Origin: a virus
Taxonomy: Duplodnaviria; Caudoviricetes
Virus record (IMG/VR): IMGVR_UViG_3300020042_001755
Coordinates: 1 to 30,627 of that record
Reading direction: 5' to 3' (one strand)
DNA length: 30,627 bases
Part shown: in pieces, positions 16,986-25,306 of the stretch
How positions within the stretch are numbered: the stretch's first letter is position 1
Layout of the letters: each line of letters starts with the position of its first letter
Translations under genes and position numbers: made by a program
Notes under the pieces: model-generated
What the model saw: the letters and a program-made list of their open reading frames with translations, nothing else
The model's database searches: none
Told to the model about the DNA's origin: nothing

Positions 16986-17653
16986 AAATTAGATGCTCAC
17001 AAATAGGCAAAATAATGACTTCCTCTAAGACTAAAGGGGAAGCATTAAGCCAAACTACTAAGACTTACATTCAAAGTTTAGTACTAAAAGAAAAGTACGG
17101 TATTCGTAAAGAATTTAGCTCTAAGTATACTGACAAGGGTAACCAGTGCGAAGATGGATGTCTAGGTTTGGTAATGGATGTATTACAAACTGAATTTTTA
17201 TATAAGAACGAAGAAAACTTTACCAATGATTGGTTAACAGGTACTCCCGATGTCGTAACCGATAAGTACTTAATTGATGTAAAGAATTCGTGGAGTGCTT
17301 CAACTTTTCCTTGGTTTGATACTGAGTGCCCTAACAAAGATTACTTTTATCAATTGCAAGGTTATTTATTTTTAACGAATAAAGAAGAGGCTATGCTTTG
17401 TTATTGCTTGTCTAATACTCCGATTGATATTGTTCAAGATGAGATTAGAAGAGAGCACTATAGACTTAAGCTAATGGAAGATGATATTGATATCATAGAC
17501 CAGGTACAAAAACAGCATAACTTTGATCATATACCTGACAATAAAAGAGTAAAGGTTTACACTATCAAAAGAGATAATGAAGTTATAGAACAAATTAAAG
17601 CAAAGGTTGAACTTTGTAGAGATTACTTTAACCAACTAATTGAAACAATATGA
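16982..17653 (+). CDS. YqaJ/lambda-exonuclease-like recombination nuclease
   Basis: IRCSQIG, KGNQCE, GTPD, IDVKNS, YFYQLQGY; paired with ERF. Confidence 0.82.
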   Translation: MKIRCSQIGKIMTSSKTKGEALSQTTKTYIQSLVLKEKYGIRKEFSSKYTDKGNQCEDGCLGLVMDVLQTEFLYKNEENFTNDWLTGTPDVVTDKYLIDVKNSWSASTFPWFDTECPNKDYFYQLQGYLFLTNKEEAMLCYCLSNTPIDIVQDEIRREHYRLKLMEDDIDIIDQVQKQHNFDHIPDNKRVKVYTIKRDNEVIEQIKAKVELCRDYFNQLIETI

Positions 17654-17754
17654 TACTAATACTAACAATACTACTCACTCCTGCAATAGTGTGGGGGTGG
17701 GTGTGCTCAATAGCTTACTTAATAGAAACCTTTAAAACAAATGAATATGAGTAA
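17650..17754 (+). CDS. 34-aa hydrophobic peptide (not in ORF track)
   Basis: MILILTILLTPAIVWGWVCSIAYLIETFKTNEYE; ATGA overlap upstream. Confidence 0.5.
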   Translation: MILILTILLTPAIVWGWVCSIAYLIETFKTNEYE

Positions 17755-17992
17755 TTACGACAACACAAACACAGGAGCTTTATTTACCAATGAGAAAAAA
17801 GCTGACAATCACCCCGACTATAAGGGTAAGATTAATGTAAACGGCAAAGACTTAGAAATAGCAGCCTGGATAAAAACATCTAAAGCAGGTACTAAATTTA
17901 TGAGCTTGAAGGTTAGTGAACCTTATGTAAAGCCTGAAGATAATGTGCCACCACTTAGCTCAGTAGTTGAAACCGATGATTTACCGTTTTAA
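17741..17992 (+). CDS. Small single-stranded DNA-binding protein (DUF736-like); start may be 17747
   Basis: GALFTN...HPDYKG...IAAW; acidic C-terminal DDLPF tail. Confidence 0.75.
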   Translation: MNMSNYDNTNTGALFTNEKKADNHPDYKGKINVNGKDLEIAAWIKTSKAGTKFMSLKVSEPYVKPEDNVPPLSSVVETDDLPF

Positions 17993-18000
17993 TTAAAATT

Positions 18001-18029
18001 AGCCCTGCATGTTTTATGTGGGGTTTTTT
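18001..18029 (+). terminator. Rho-independent terminator
   Basis: AGCCCTGCAT-gtttt-ATGTGGGGTT followed by TTTT. Confidence 0.8.
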
Positions 18030-18031
18030 GT

Positions 18032-18040
18032 TATATTTAC
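18032..18040 (+). promoter_or_regulatory. Variant -7 element TATATTTAC
   Basis: Directly after the terminator and 3 nt before ATG 18044; heads the sigma-factor operon. Confidence 0.5.
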
Positions 18041-18043
18041 CGA

Positions 18044-18292
18044 ATGGAACTAATATTAATTATATCAATATCGTGGTGGTTAGTAAACTTTGAACCACTA
18101 CAATTAGCAATAGATGCACTATTTGCTAAGTTACCTGTAGATAGTTTAACCGTCTTTACGCACGCAGCTTTAGGGTGTTGGAAGTGCTGGAGCTTTTGGT
18201 TAACTATATTTATTACGGTAGATTTTAGCCTTGCTTGCTTTGCTGCATTACTTACCTTTATATTAGATTTATGTTTGAGCAAACTGAAATAG
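18044..18292 (+). CDS. Small membrane protein with CxxC
   Basis: Hydrophobic; GCWKCWSFW motif. Confidence 0.7.
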   Translation: MELILIISISWWLVNFEPLQLAIDALFAKLPVDSLTVFTHAALGCWKCWSFWLTIFITVDFSLACFAALLTFILDLCLSKLK

Positions 18293-18474
18293 AACTTATA
18301 GCGTCTATATTTGAAACTGAGGAACTTGTTAGGACCGCAAAGGTTAATCTTAATAAGTTAGCTAAAATAAAAGAAAAGTATACAGGCGTCAAAGAAAAGG
18401 ATTGTTTCTGCTCTAGTGTAAGGCGTAAGATTTGGTTTAAAGGTTTTAAATTATGGTATGAAAGCAATACTTGA
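18271..18474 (+). CDS. Hypothetical protein with CFC motif (start revised to ATG 18271)
   Basis: Overlaps both neighbours in the operon. Confidence 0.6.
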   Translation: MFEQTEIELIASIFETEELVRTAKVNLNKLAKIKEKYTGVKEKDCFCSSVRRKIWFKGFKLWYESNT

Positions 18475-18994
18475 TAAATATATAACTGAGAATTACGCTG
18501 AGGTTAGGACATATACTAACTACTTCCTTGTGCGTTTTAAATCTTTTATAGATGCTGACACCGTTATAAATAATTCTTATATTCATGTGGTCAACATTAA
18601 CGATCCATTACCAACCGTTGAAAAGGTTAAAAGCTATTTATTCAATACAATTAAGTACCAGGTGATATGGACATCTTCACTATCAAACAGGCACGATAGG
18701 ATAAATTCAATGCCGTTCATAGTTGACAAAGATACAGCAGAAGATACCGCCGATTTAGATGCTAAGATATTAGCTGACAAGACTTACAACTTACAAAAGG
18801 CCGTAATAGAAATATACAGGCAACAAATAAAGGATAGCATACAGAAAACAATATTTGAAGCTTACATTGATAAGGGTTACAATACGGCCCGAAGCATGGC
18901 CAAGTACTTCGATATTACTACAACCTCAGCTCACTACATTATAAAGGATTTGAAACACGAATTGAACGAATTACAATATAGTTATGAAGATTAG
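18458..18994 (+). CDS. Phage-encoded ECF-like sigma-70 factor (regions 2 and 4)
   Basis: DADTVINNSYIHV ~ DAEDlvQe.fl; KSYLFNTIKY ~ ksyLfriarN; QKTIFEAYIDKGYNTARSMAKYFDITTTSAHYII ~ region 4 HTH; 178 aa. Confidence 0.72.
   Translation: MKAILDKYITENYAEVRTYTNYFLVRFKSFIDADTVINNSYIHVVNINDPLPTVEKVKSYLFNTIKYQVIWTSSLSNRHDRINSMPFIVDKDTAEDTADLDAKILADKTYNLQKAVIEIYRQQIKDSIQKTIFEAYIDKGYNTARSMAKYFDITTTSAHYIIKDLKHELNELQYSYED
18953..18981 (+). promoter_or_regulatory. Putative late promoter AAAC-N18-AATATAG inside the 3' end of the sigma gene
   Basis: AAAC 18953-18956, AATATAG 18975-18981, ATG 18984. Confidence 0.75.
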
Positions 18995-19154
18995 TCAAGT
19001 ACTTAGCACCCTATCTTTACTTGTAGCATTTTCTGCAGGTATTGCATTAATAGCTTTAGATTACCAATGGGCTGCCAGGTGTGCAGGTGTTTGGGTATGT
19101 ATGTATTACACATTTTTAATAGTAGACGAATATGAAAACAAAAATCAAGAGTGA
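18984..19154 (+). CDS. 56-aa membrane protein (not in ORF track)
   Basis: MKISQVLSTLSLLVAFSAGIALIALDYQWAARCAGVWVCMYYTFLIVDEYENKNQE; two hydrophobic segments. Confidence 0.65.
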   Translation: MKISQVLSTLSLLVAFSAGIALIALDYQWAARCAGVWVCMYYTFLIVDEYENKNQE

Positions 19155-19362
19155 ATTTATTGGTAAGACAATTATCAAACAATCACAATACGGTGACCTA
19201 AAAATAGTAATAGACGAATTAACACCTAAGCGTTATGCTTATGTAACTTCAATAGGTCTAGGCTATATATTTGAAGAGGTAAAAGCCGTAGCTTATGTAG
19301 GAGTAGAAGAGACAAAGAAACCAAAGAAAACTATAGAAGATGGGGAGGTACAAATTGATTGA
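19132..19362 (+). CDS. Hypothetical protein (76 aa)
   Basis: Overlapping ORF before the small terminase subunit. Confidence 0.65.
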   Translation: MKTKIKSEFIGKTIIKQSQYGDLKIVIDELTPKRYAYVTSIGLGYIFEEVKAVAYVGVEETKKPKKTIEDGEVQID

Positions 19363-19762
19363 GACACCCGAAAAGTTAATGGATATATTTGAAGAGTATA
19401 GAAGCTTCACTTTAAACAATCCTCGTACTAAATGGGTGCTATCACAAAAGACTGCTGAGATGGTACCTGAACCTCTTAGAGTACCTTTAACTATTGAAGG
19501 CTTTGAGATATTCTGCTACAAAAATTATAGTGATGTACACAATTATTTTGACAATCCGAATAATAGGTATGATGATTATAAGACCGTCTGTTCATATATA
19601 AAGAAAGAGATACGCAGAGACCAAATCGAAGGCGGTATGGTAGGACAATATAACCCGTCAATTACACAGCGTCTAAACGCTTTAAAAGAGCAAACAGATG
19701 TAACCTCACAAAATGAGAAGATAGGGTCTATTACTGTCACCATTGTTAAGCCTACTGAGTAG
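19340..19762 (+). CDS. terS: Terminase small subunit (P22 gp3-like)
   Basis: GR..IETPEKL...FEEY, PLTIEGF, EGGMVGQYNPSITQRLN; upstream of TerL. Confidence 0.8.
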   Translation: MGRYKLIETPEKLMDIFEEYRSFTLNNPRTKWVLSQKTAEMVPEPLRVPLTIEGFEIFCYKNYSDVHNYFDNPNNRYDDYKTVCSYIKKEIRRDQIEGGMVGQYNPSITQRLNALKEQTDVTSQNEKIGSITVTIVKPTE

Positions 19763-19857
19763 GGGTACTTATACTCTTATTTTCAAAATTTAAAAAAAAT
19801 ATATAATAATATATAAATAGAGTAATAGGGGTAGGGGTAACTTACCTTGCTTTGGGT

Positions 19858-21006
19858 ATGGAAATAAAGAGCACCGTAATATTTCAAAAGAACCATGAAG
19901 CCTTAGAAGGTGACAGGCGGTTTATAATTAATGAGGGGGGTAGTAGAAGCTCTAAAACCTATTCACTTTGTCAGCTTGTTATAGTCTATTGCTTGCAGAA
20001 CCCGAATAAGGTGGTGTCAATTATTCGCAAGACTTTCCCTGCATTGAGAGCAACGGTGATGCGTGACTTCATAGAGATACTCAAAGAAACCGAACTATAC
20101 AGCCAAGAGGCCCACAATAAGAGTGAGCATATCTACAGCTTCGGTAATGGGTCCATTGTTGAATTCTTTAGTGTAGATGATGAGCAGAAGATAAGAGGTA
20201 GGAAGCGTGACCTTGCCTGGTGTAATGAAGCCAATGAGTTATACTTTGATGATTTCACCCAATTGAATATGAGAACCGAATCTAAGTTAATCTTTGACTA
20301 CAACCCTAGTGATAGTGCAAGTTGGTTATACGAGCTACCAAAAGATGAGAGCATATTAATCAAGTCAACATACAAAGACAATCCATTTTTACCTGAAAGT
20401 ATTAAGAAACAAATCGAGGATCTTAAGCGAACCGATGAGGCGCTCTACCAAATCTATGCTTTAGGTGAGAAGGCTACGAGTAAGAGCAACATCTATTCTC
20501 AATGGACATTTATTCAGCATAGACCCGCAAGGTTTGTTAACTATGTCTATGGCCTTGACTTCGGTTACAATCACCCTACAGCTTTGGTTCGTGTCTATTG
20601 GTGTGATAACGACATCTACATTGAACCTGTTATCTATGAAAGCTACTTGACTACTACCCTACTAATTGAGCGTATGAATAGCCTAGAGATTGAAAAGCAT
20701 ATCACAGTACTTGCTGACTACTCTAGACCCGAAATAATCAAAGAGCTTAACAATAGCGGCTACGATGTACAGAACGCTAACAAGGTAGTTAAGAAAGGTA
20801 TTGATAATGTAAAGAGCTTCGGGGTATGGTGTGAGGATAGCAAGCCAATTAAAAGAGAATACGAAAACTACAAGTGGAAGAAGATAGGCGACTTCATAAC
20901 TGATGAGCCTGTTAAACTTTTTGATGATGCTATGGATGCGGTGAGATATGCGACTACTCACATAAGACAAGAATACTACACCGAAGATTCTTACTATGCG
21001 TTTTAG
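19858..21006 (+). CDS. terL: Terminase large subunit (PBSX/SPP1-like); start revised to ATG 19858
   Basis: EGGSRSSKT Walker A, WCNEANE Walker B, DYNP motif, GLDFGY and DDAMDAVRY nuclease motifs. Confidence 0.93.
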   Translation: MEIKSTVIFQKNHEALEGDRRFIINEGGSRSSKTYSLCQLVIVYCLQNPNKVVSIIRKTFPALRATVMRDFIEILKETELYSQEAHNKSEHIYSFGNGSIVEFFSVDDEQKIRGRKRDLAWCNEANELYFDDFTQLNMRTESKLIFDYNPSDSASWLYELPKDESILIKSTYKDNPFLPESIKKQIEDLKRTDEALYQIYALGEKATSKSNIYSQWTFIQHRPARFVNYVYGLDFGYNHPTALVRVYWCDNDIYIEPVIYESYLTTTLLIERMNSLEIEKHITVLADYSRPEIIKELNNSGYDVQNANKVVKKGIDNVKSFGVWCEDSKPIKREYENYKWKKIGDFITDEPVKLFDDAMDAVRYATTHIRQEYYTEDSYYAF

Positions 21007-21035
21007 AAACACGAATGCCCTTTAATCTAATATAG
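21007..21035 (+). promoter_or_regulatory. Putative late promoter AAAC-N18-AATATAG
   Basis: AAAC 21007-21010, AATATAG 21029-21035, ATG 21049. Confidence 0.75.
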
Positions 21036-21048
21036 TAAAACCCAATCA

Positions 21049-22491
21049 ATGGCCATAACAAAATTAGCGGAACCATATTCACTGACACCCGCATATAACC
21101 CGATTAAGTTTATTTACAATTCTACCAATAGAAATAACTTAGGTTTCAAATATATCTATGATATCTATGAGAGTGGAACGGCAAACAAAATAGCTGAATA
21201 TAGAGTACTGCCTGAATATTCAACAGGTAACGGTATAATTGATTTAACAAAATTGCTACAAGCTAAGGTTACATATAATCTAAAAGAAACAGCACCTGTT
21301 GCATACACTGCAGTGAACTCTTACTACAAGTACGATGTTAAAGTAGGTGAGGAATATTTGACTTCGGTATCTTATGTTTTCCCTTTGTCAGCTTCAGCTG
21401 GTAAGGTTCAGATTAATGTAGCCAATACTTTTGTAGCGGGTCAACAGGTTAATATATTGCAGGTAGATGGAGGTATAGCTAACCCACAGCTTGAGGGGTT
21501 GTTTACAGTGATTAGTGCAACGGCAATTGCCTTTGTAGTCAACAGCTCATTCTCAGGCGTAACAAATGTTAACATAGATGGAACTGTAAGTTATGCAGAC
21601 AATAGAAAAACAATTGTAAGAGACATAGCTACTGACTTAAACAACTATGTTTTTAACGGTGCAATTAGATGGCCCGAATTTCCTAGCTATGTACCAGGTA
21701 CCTATGCTTTAAACGGTGCTAATGATTTGTTCTTTACTAACCAACCTTTAGACTTTACAGCTACCTTATCACAGGATTTAGTTGCACAGGTATACAGCAA
21801 CAATGGATTAACTGACACGATGTACTTTCAAAATAACGACGGTGATTTATTCAGCAAAGATGTAAGCTTAACAAGTGTGTTAGGCCATGTAACTGTAGGA
21901 CCAAACAACTACGGGACTCTTACACTAGTAGCAGGAGCTTCACCTTTAATTAATCCTAACACTCAGTATTATGAATATTGGTACGACAGGGGTGCGGGTC
22001 AAGTGTCTGCAAAATATAGAGTAAACATTGACAGGCGTATAAGAGGTGAGGAGTATTCAATTCTATTCTTAGACAGGATGGGTTCGTGGTCCTCATTTGC
22101 ATTCACACTTACCAACTATGAAACAGGTAATGTCACTCGTGAATTATTTAACAAAGATGTGCAAGGTTATATATCGGGCACAATGTGGAACTATAAAACA
22201 ACCGACAGGGGTTTAAGCAATGTGTACACTTCAGTAGATAAGTCAATTGAATTAAATGGTAACTATATGAGTGAAGATATGGCTGCCTACTTTGAGGAGT
22301 TAGTTAGCTCACCTGTTACATATATTAAGTACAGCAACTATGCAGAAGATTGTGACAACCCTAGCAGTGATTTATATATAAGCTGTAATGTTACTACCTC
22401 AAGCTTTAGTATCTTTAAGCAAAAGAATAAAAACCTAATCAGGCAATCTATTAATATCACATTTGCAAATAAAGACTTAGTCAATGGTTAA
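21049..22491 (+). CDS. Tail structural protein (distal tail-like)
   Basis: 480 aa, beta-rich; FLDRMGSWSSFAF and EELVSSPVTY motifs seen in Bacteroidota phage tail proteins. Confidence 0.6.
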   Translation: MAITKLAEPYSLTPAYNPIKFIYNSTNRNNLGFKYIYDIYESGTANKIAEYRVLPEYSTGNGIIDLTKLLQAKVTYNLKETAPVAYTAVNSYYKYDVKVGEEYLTSVSYVFPLSASAGKVQINVANTFVAGQQVNILQVDGGIANPQLEGLFTVISATAIAFVVNSSFSGVTNVNIDGTVSYADNRKTIVRDIATDLNNYVFNGAIRWPEFPSYVPGTYALNGANDLFFTNQPLDFTATLSQDLVAQVYSNNGLTDTMYFQNNDGDLFSKDVSLTSVLGHVTVGPNNYGTLTLVAGASPLINPNTQYYEYWYDRGAGQVSAKYRVNIDRRIRGEEYSILFLDRMGSWSSFAFTLTNYETGNVTRELFNKDVQGYISGTMWNYKTTDRGLSNVYTSVDKSIELNGNYMSEDMAAYFEELVSSPVTYIKYSNYAEDCDNPSSDLYISCNVTTSSFSIFKQKNKNLIRQSINITFANKDLVNG

Positions 22492-25303
22492 GATACAAAT
22501 AGGTACAGGATATTTAGAAACACAAGAAGGTACGGCGTTCCCTTTAAACTTTCAAGTAGGGGACATTAGAGATTTGTCACTTCGCAAAGGTTCATTTAGT
22601 AAGACAATTACCTTAACAGGTAGTAAGAACAACAACGACTTGTTAAATCATTATTACGATGTAAACATACAGGCGGGTACATTTGACATTAACAAAGTAA
22701 CTAAGTGTGCGGTTATTCAAAATGGCGTACCTATTATAGAAGATGCCTTACTTCAATTGGTCAATGTAACTAAACAACAAGTAACAGCAGCACACGAAGA
22801 GTATGTAGTTTATGAGGTATTAATTAAAGATACTAAAGCTGAATTTTTTACAGCCATTACAAACAAAGAATTAACTGACCTAGATTTTACTGACTTAAAC
22901 CACAGCTTCAACTCTACGGCAATAACAAACGGTTTTAGTAATACAGTAGCAAATGGCTATAAGTATTTCTTACCTGGAAGTGGCGACACTACCTACGGTA
23001 TAAACGAATTTAAACCTGCTATATTTGCAAAGACTTATTTCGATAGGATATTCGCACAGGCGGGCTTTAGTTATGATTGGTCCAACTTAAGTGCTGCAAA
23101 GTTTGACAAGCTATTCATACCTTACAATGGTGACGCTAACAACTTTGATTACAATGATTTTTTAGTACAAGCTAGCACAGCATATACAACAACAAAGGTA
23201 CAGCTGTTAGGACAAAACAATAGTTTTCAACAGGTGATTAATACAGGGTGGGTAGAAACAATAGACACTCAGAATTTATTTAATACTGCTACAGGAAGTT
23301 ATGCCGCACCATTTAATACAACCGCTTTACAATCTCAATACTATTTCTATGAAGTAGTTATTTATTACGATGTACTTATAAACAATACAAGTGGTGTGCC
23401 CGCATACCCTACATATACACCAAACCAATTAAACGGTACACCAGGTACGCAAACATGGACCAACATACAATACAAGCCATTTTTAAAAACTATAACAAAC
23501 GGTGGTAATGATGTAACGGTTTATCTTAACACTTCTGCACAGCCAATACTAGCAGTTAACAATATCGTAGGAACTACACTACCAACAGGAACAACAACTT
23601 TATACACAGCTACCACAAGCGTAACGGTTTTGGCTACAGGTACAGGAATTACACCTACAATATTAGCGGGTCAAATTGTGCAACTTGCAGCTGGTATTGA
23701 GATGAGCTATTCAAACAATAGTAACTCTACTTTTAGATGGCGTAAAAATAACCAATTTGGTCCCAATGCTCAAGTAAATGTAAACCTAAGAATAAACGAC
23801 ATAAACATAAAGATACTGCCTAGCCCTAGCGTTATAATTGGAAGTGGTACTTTAAATGTTAATCAATACATACCCGCTAAGATTAAACAAAGTGATTTTG
23901 TTAAGTCAGTATTTCAGATGTACAACTTGTATGTAGATATTGATAACGACCAACCTAACAAATTAATACTTACTCATAGAGATGATTACTATGATAGTGG
24001 TAAGGAAGTAGATTGGACTTACAAGCTAGATAAGAGTAAAGACCAGGAACTAATCTTTTTGCCTGACTTAACTAATAAAAAGTTGGTGCTTACCTACAAG
24101 CAAGATAGTGATGATCCTAACAAAACTTATGAAGAAGTAACTAAGGAAGTTTATGGTCAAGTAACTTATACTTTTGATAATGAGTATGTAAAAGATGTAG
24201 ACACCAAAGAATTAATCTTTAGCCCTACACCAATTACTAAAACTATCTTTGGAGCTTATGTACCTATGTTGGCGGGAGCTGCACCTAAAACAAATATTCG
24301 TATTCTTTACGATGGTGGCTTAGGTACCTGTTCACCTTACAATATTTATGATTACGGTACTACAGGATTAACCAACCGAACTACCTACCCAATGGTGGGA
24401 CACTTCAACAATCCTTTAAACCCAACCTTTGATATTAACTTTGCAACTTGTGATTTTTATTACTACTCACCTCAAAGCTTAACAAATAACAACCTGTACA
24501 ATTTATATTGGAGAAGGACCATTAACCAAATCAATGTAGGTAAAATGCTTATAGCTAATTTCAATCTTAAAGAAGATGATATACAAGCTTTGCAGTTAAA
24601 TGATAAGATTAGAATAGATAACAGTTGGTGGAATATTAACAAGGTAATTGATTACGATGCAAGCCGTAACACACTAACAAAAGTCGAATTAATAAGCATA
24701 GATACTGAAATAGACTTTGCACCATTTATTAGCCATGTAGGTACAGGAGTACCCGCTAACCAAAGTACTACACAGGTAGCAAGCACAAGCGTATTGAATT
24801 CTAAAAATGAACACAACAATATTGTTATAGGCCAGGTCACAGGTGCAGTAGTAGGTTCGGGTAATGTTATCATAGGTAAAAAGATTACAGCCACAGGTAA
24901 CGGCTTAAAGTCTGCAGAAGATGGTATCATAACTGACAACCTAACTTTAACAGGTACGCTTAACGGTTTGCCTTATATAGCACCACCTCAAAGATATGTA
25001 GTTAGCTTAACTCAAGCGGGAACCGCAGACCCAACAATCTCAATACTAGAAAATACTTTTAGTATCATAGAGTGGACTAGAGATGCCCAAGGGGTTTATA
25101 AAGGTTTTTTAATTGACTACACTTATGGTGATATATTTAATAGCCAAGTAGCTGTATTTGTAGGTAACTATAACAATAACATTTTAATAAGTGCTTATTA
25201 CTCTAGCTCTGATAATTGCATTTGGGTAACTACTACAACAATAGGAATAGGTTTGGCAGACGGTTTGCTAAACGACACAACAATAGAATTTAGAAAATAT
25301 TAA
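22484..25303 (+). CDS. Large tail tip / baseplate hub-like protein
   Basis: 939 aa; DIRDLSLRKGSFSKTITL, KQSDFVKSVFQMYNL and VDWTYKLD motifs. Confidence 0.65.
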   Translation: MVKIQIGTGYLETQEGTAFPLNFQVGDIRDLSLRKGSFSKTITLTGSKNNNDLLNHYYDVNIQAGTFDINKVTKCAVIQNGVPIIEDALLQLVNVTKQQVTAAHEEYVVYEVLIKDTKAEFFTAITNKELTDLDFTDLNHSFNSTAITNGFSNTVANGYKYFLPGSGDTTYGINEFKPAIFAKTYFDRIFAQAGFSYDWSNLSAAKFDKLFIPYNGDANNFDYNDFLVQASTAYTTTKVQLLGQNNSFQQVINTGWVETIDTQNLFNTATGSYAAPFNTTALQSQYYFYEVVIYYDVLINNTSGVPAYPTYTPNQLNGTPGTQTWTNIQYKPFLKTITNGGNDVTVYLNTSAQPILAVNNIVGTTLPTGTTTLYTATTSVTVLATGTGITPTILAGQIVQLAAGIEMSYSNNSNSTFRWRKNNQFGPNAQVNVNLRINDINIKILPSPSVIIGSGTLNVNQYIPAKIKQSDFVKSVFQMYNLYVDIDNDQPNKLILTHRDDYYDSGKEVDWTYKLDKSKDQELIFLPDLTNKKLVLTYKQDSDDPNKTYEEVTKEVYGQVTYTFDNEYVKDVDTKELIFSPTPITKTIFGAYVPMLAGAAPKTNIRILYDGGLGTCSPYNIYDYGTTGLTNRTTYPMVGHFNNPLNPTFDINFATCDFYYYSPQSLTNNNLYNLYWRRTINQINVGKMLIANFNLKEDDIQALQLNDKIRIDNSWWNINKVIDYDASRNTLTKVELISIDTEIDFAPFISHVGTGVPANQSTTQVASTSVLNSKNEHNNIVIGQVTGAVVGSGNVIIGKKITATGNGLKSAEDGIITDNLTLTGTLNGLPYIAPPQRYVVSLTQAGTADPTISILENTFSIIEWTRDAQGVYKGFLIDYTYGDIFNSQVAVFVGNYNNNILISAYYSSSDNCIWVTTTTIGIGLADGLLNDTTIEFRKY

Positions 25304-25306
25304 GAT

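Noticed and set aside
21197-22019. Intragenic AATATAG at 21197 and 22013
   Set aside because: No AAAC at 17-18 nt spacing and no following ATG; not called promoters.
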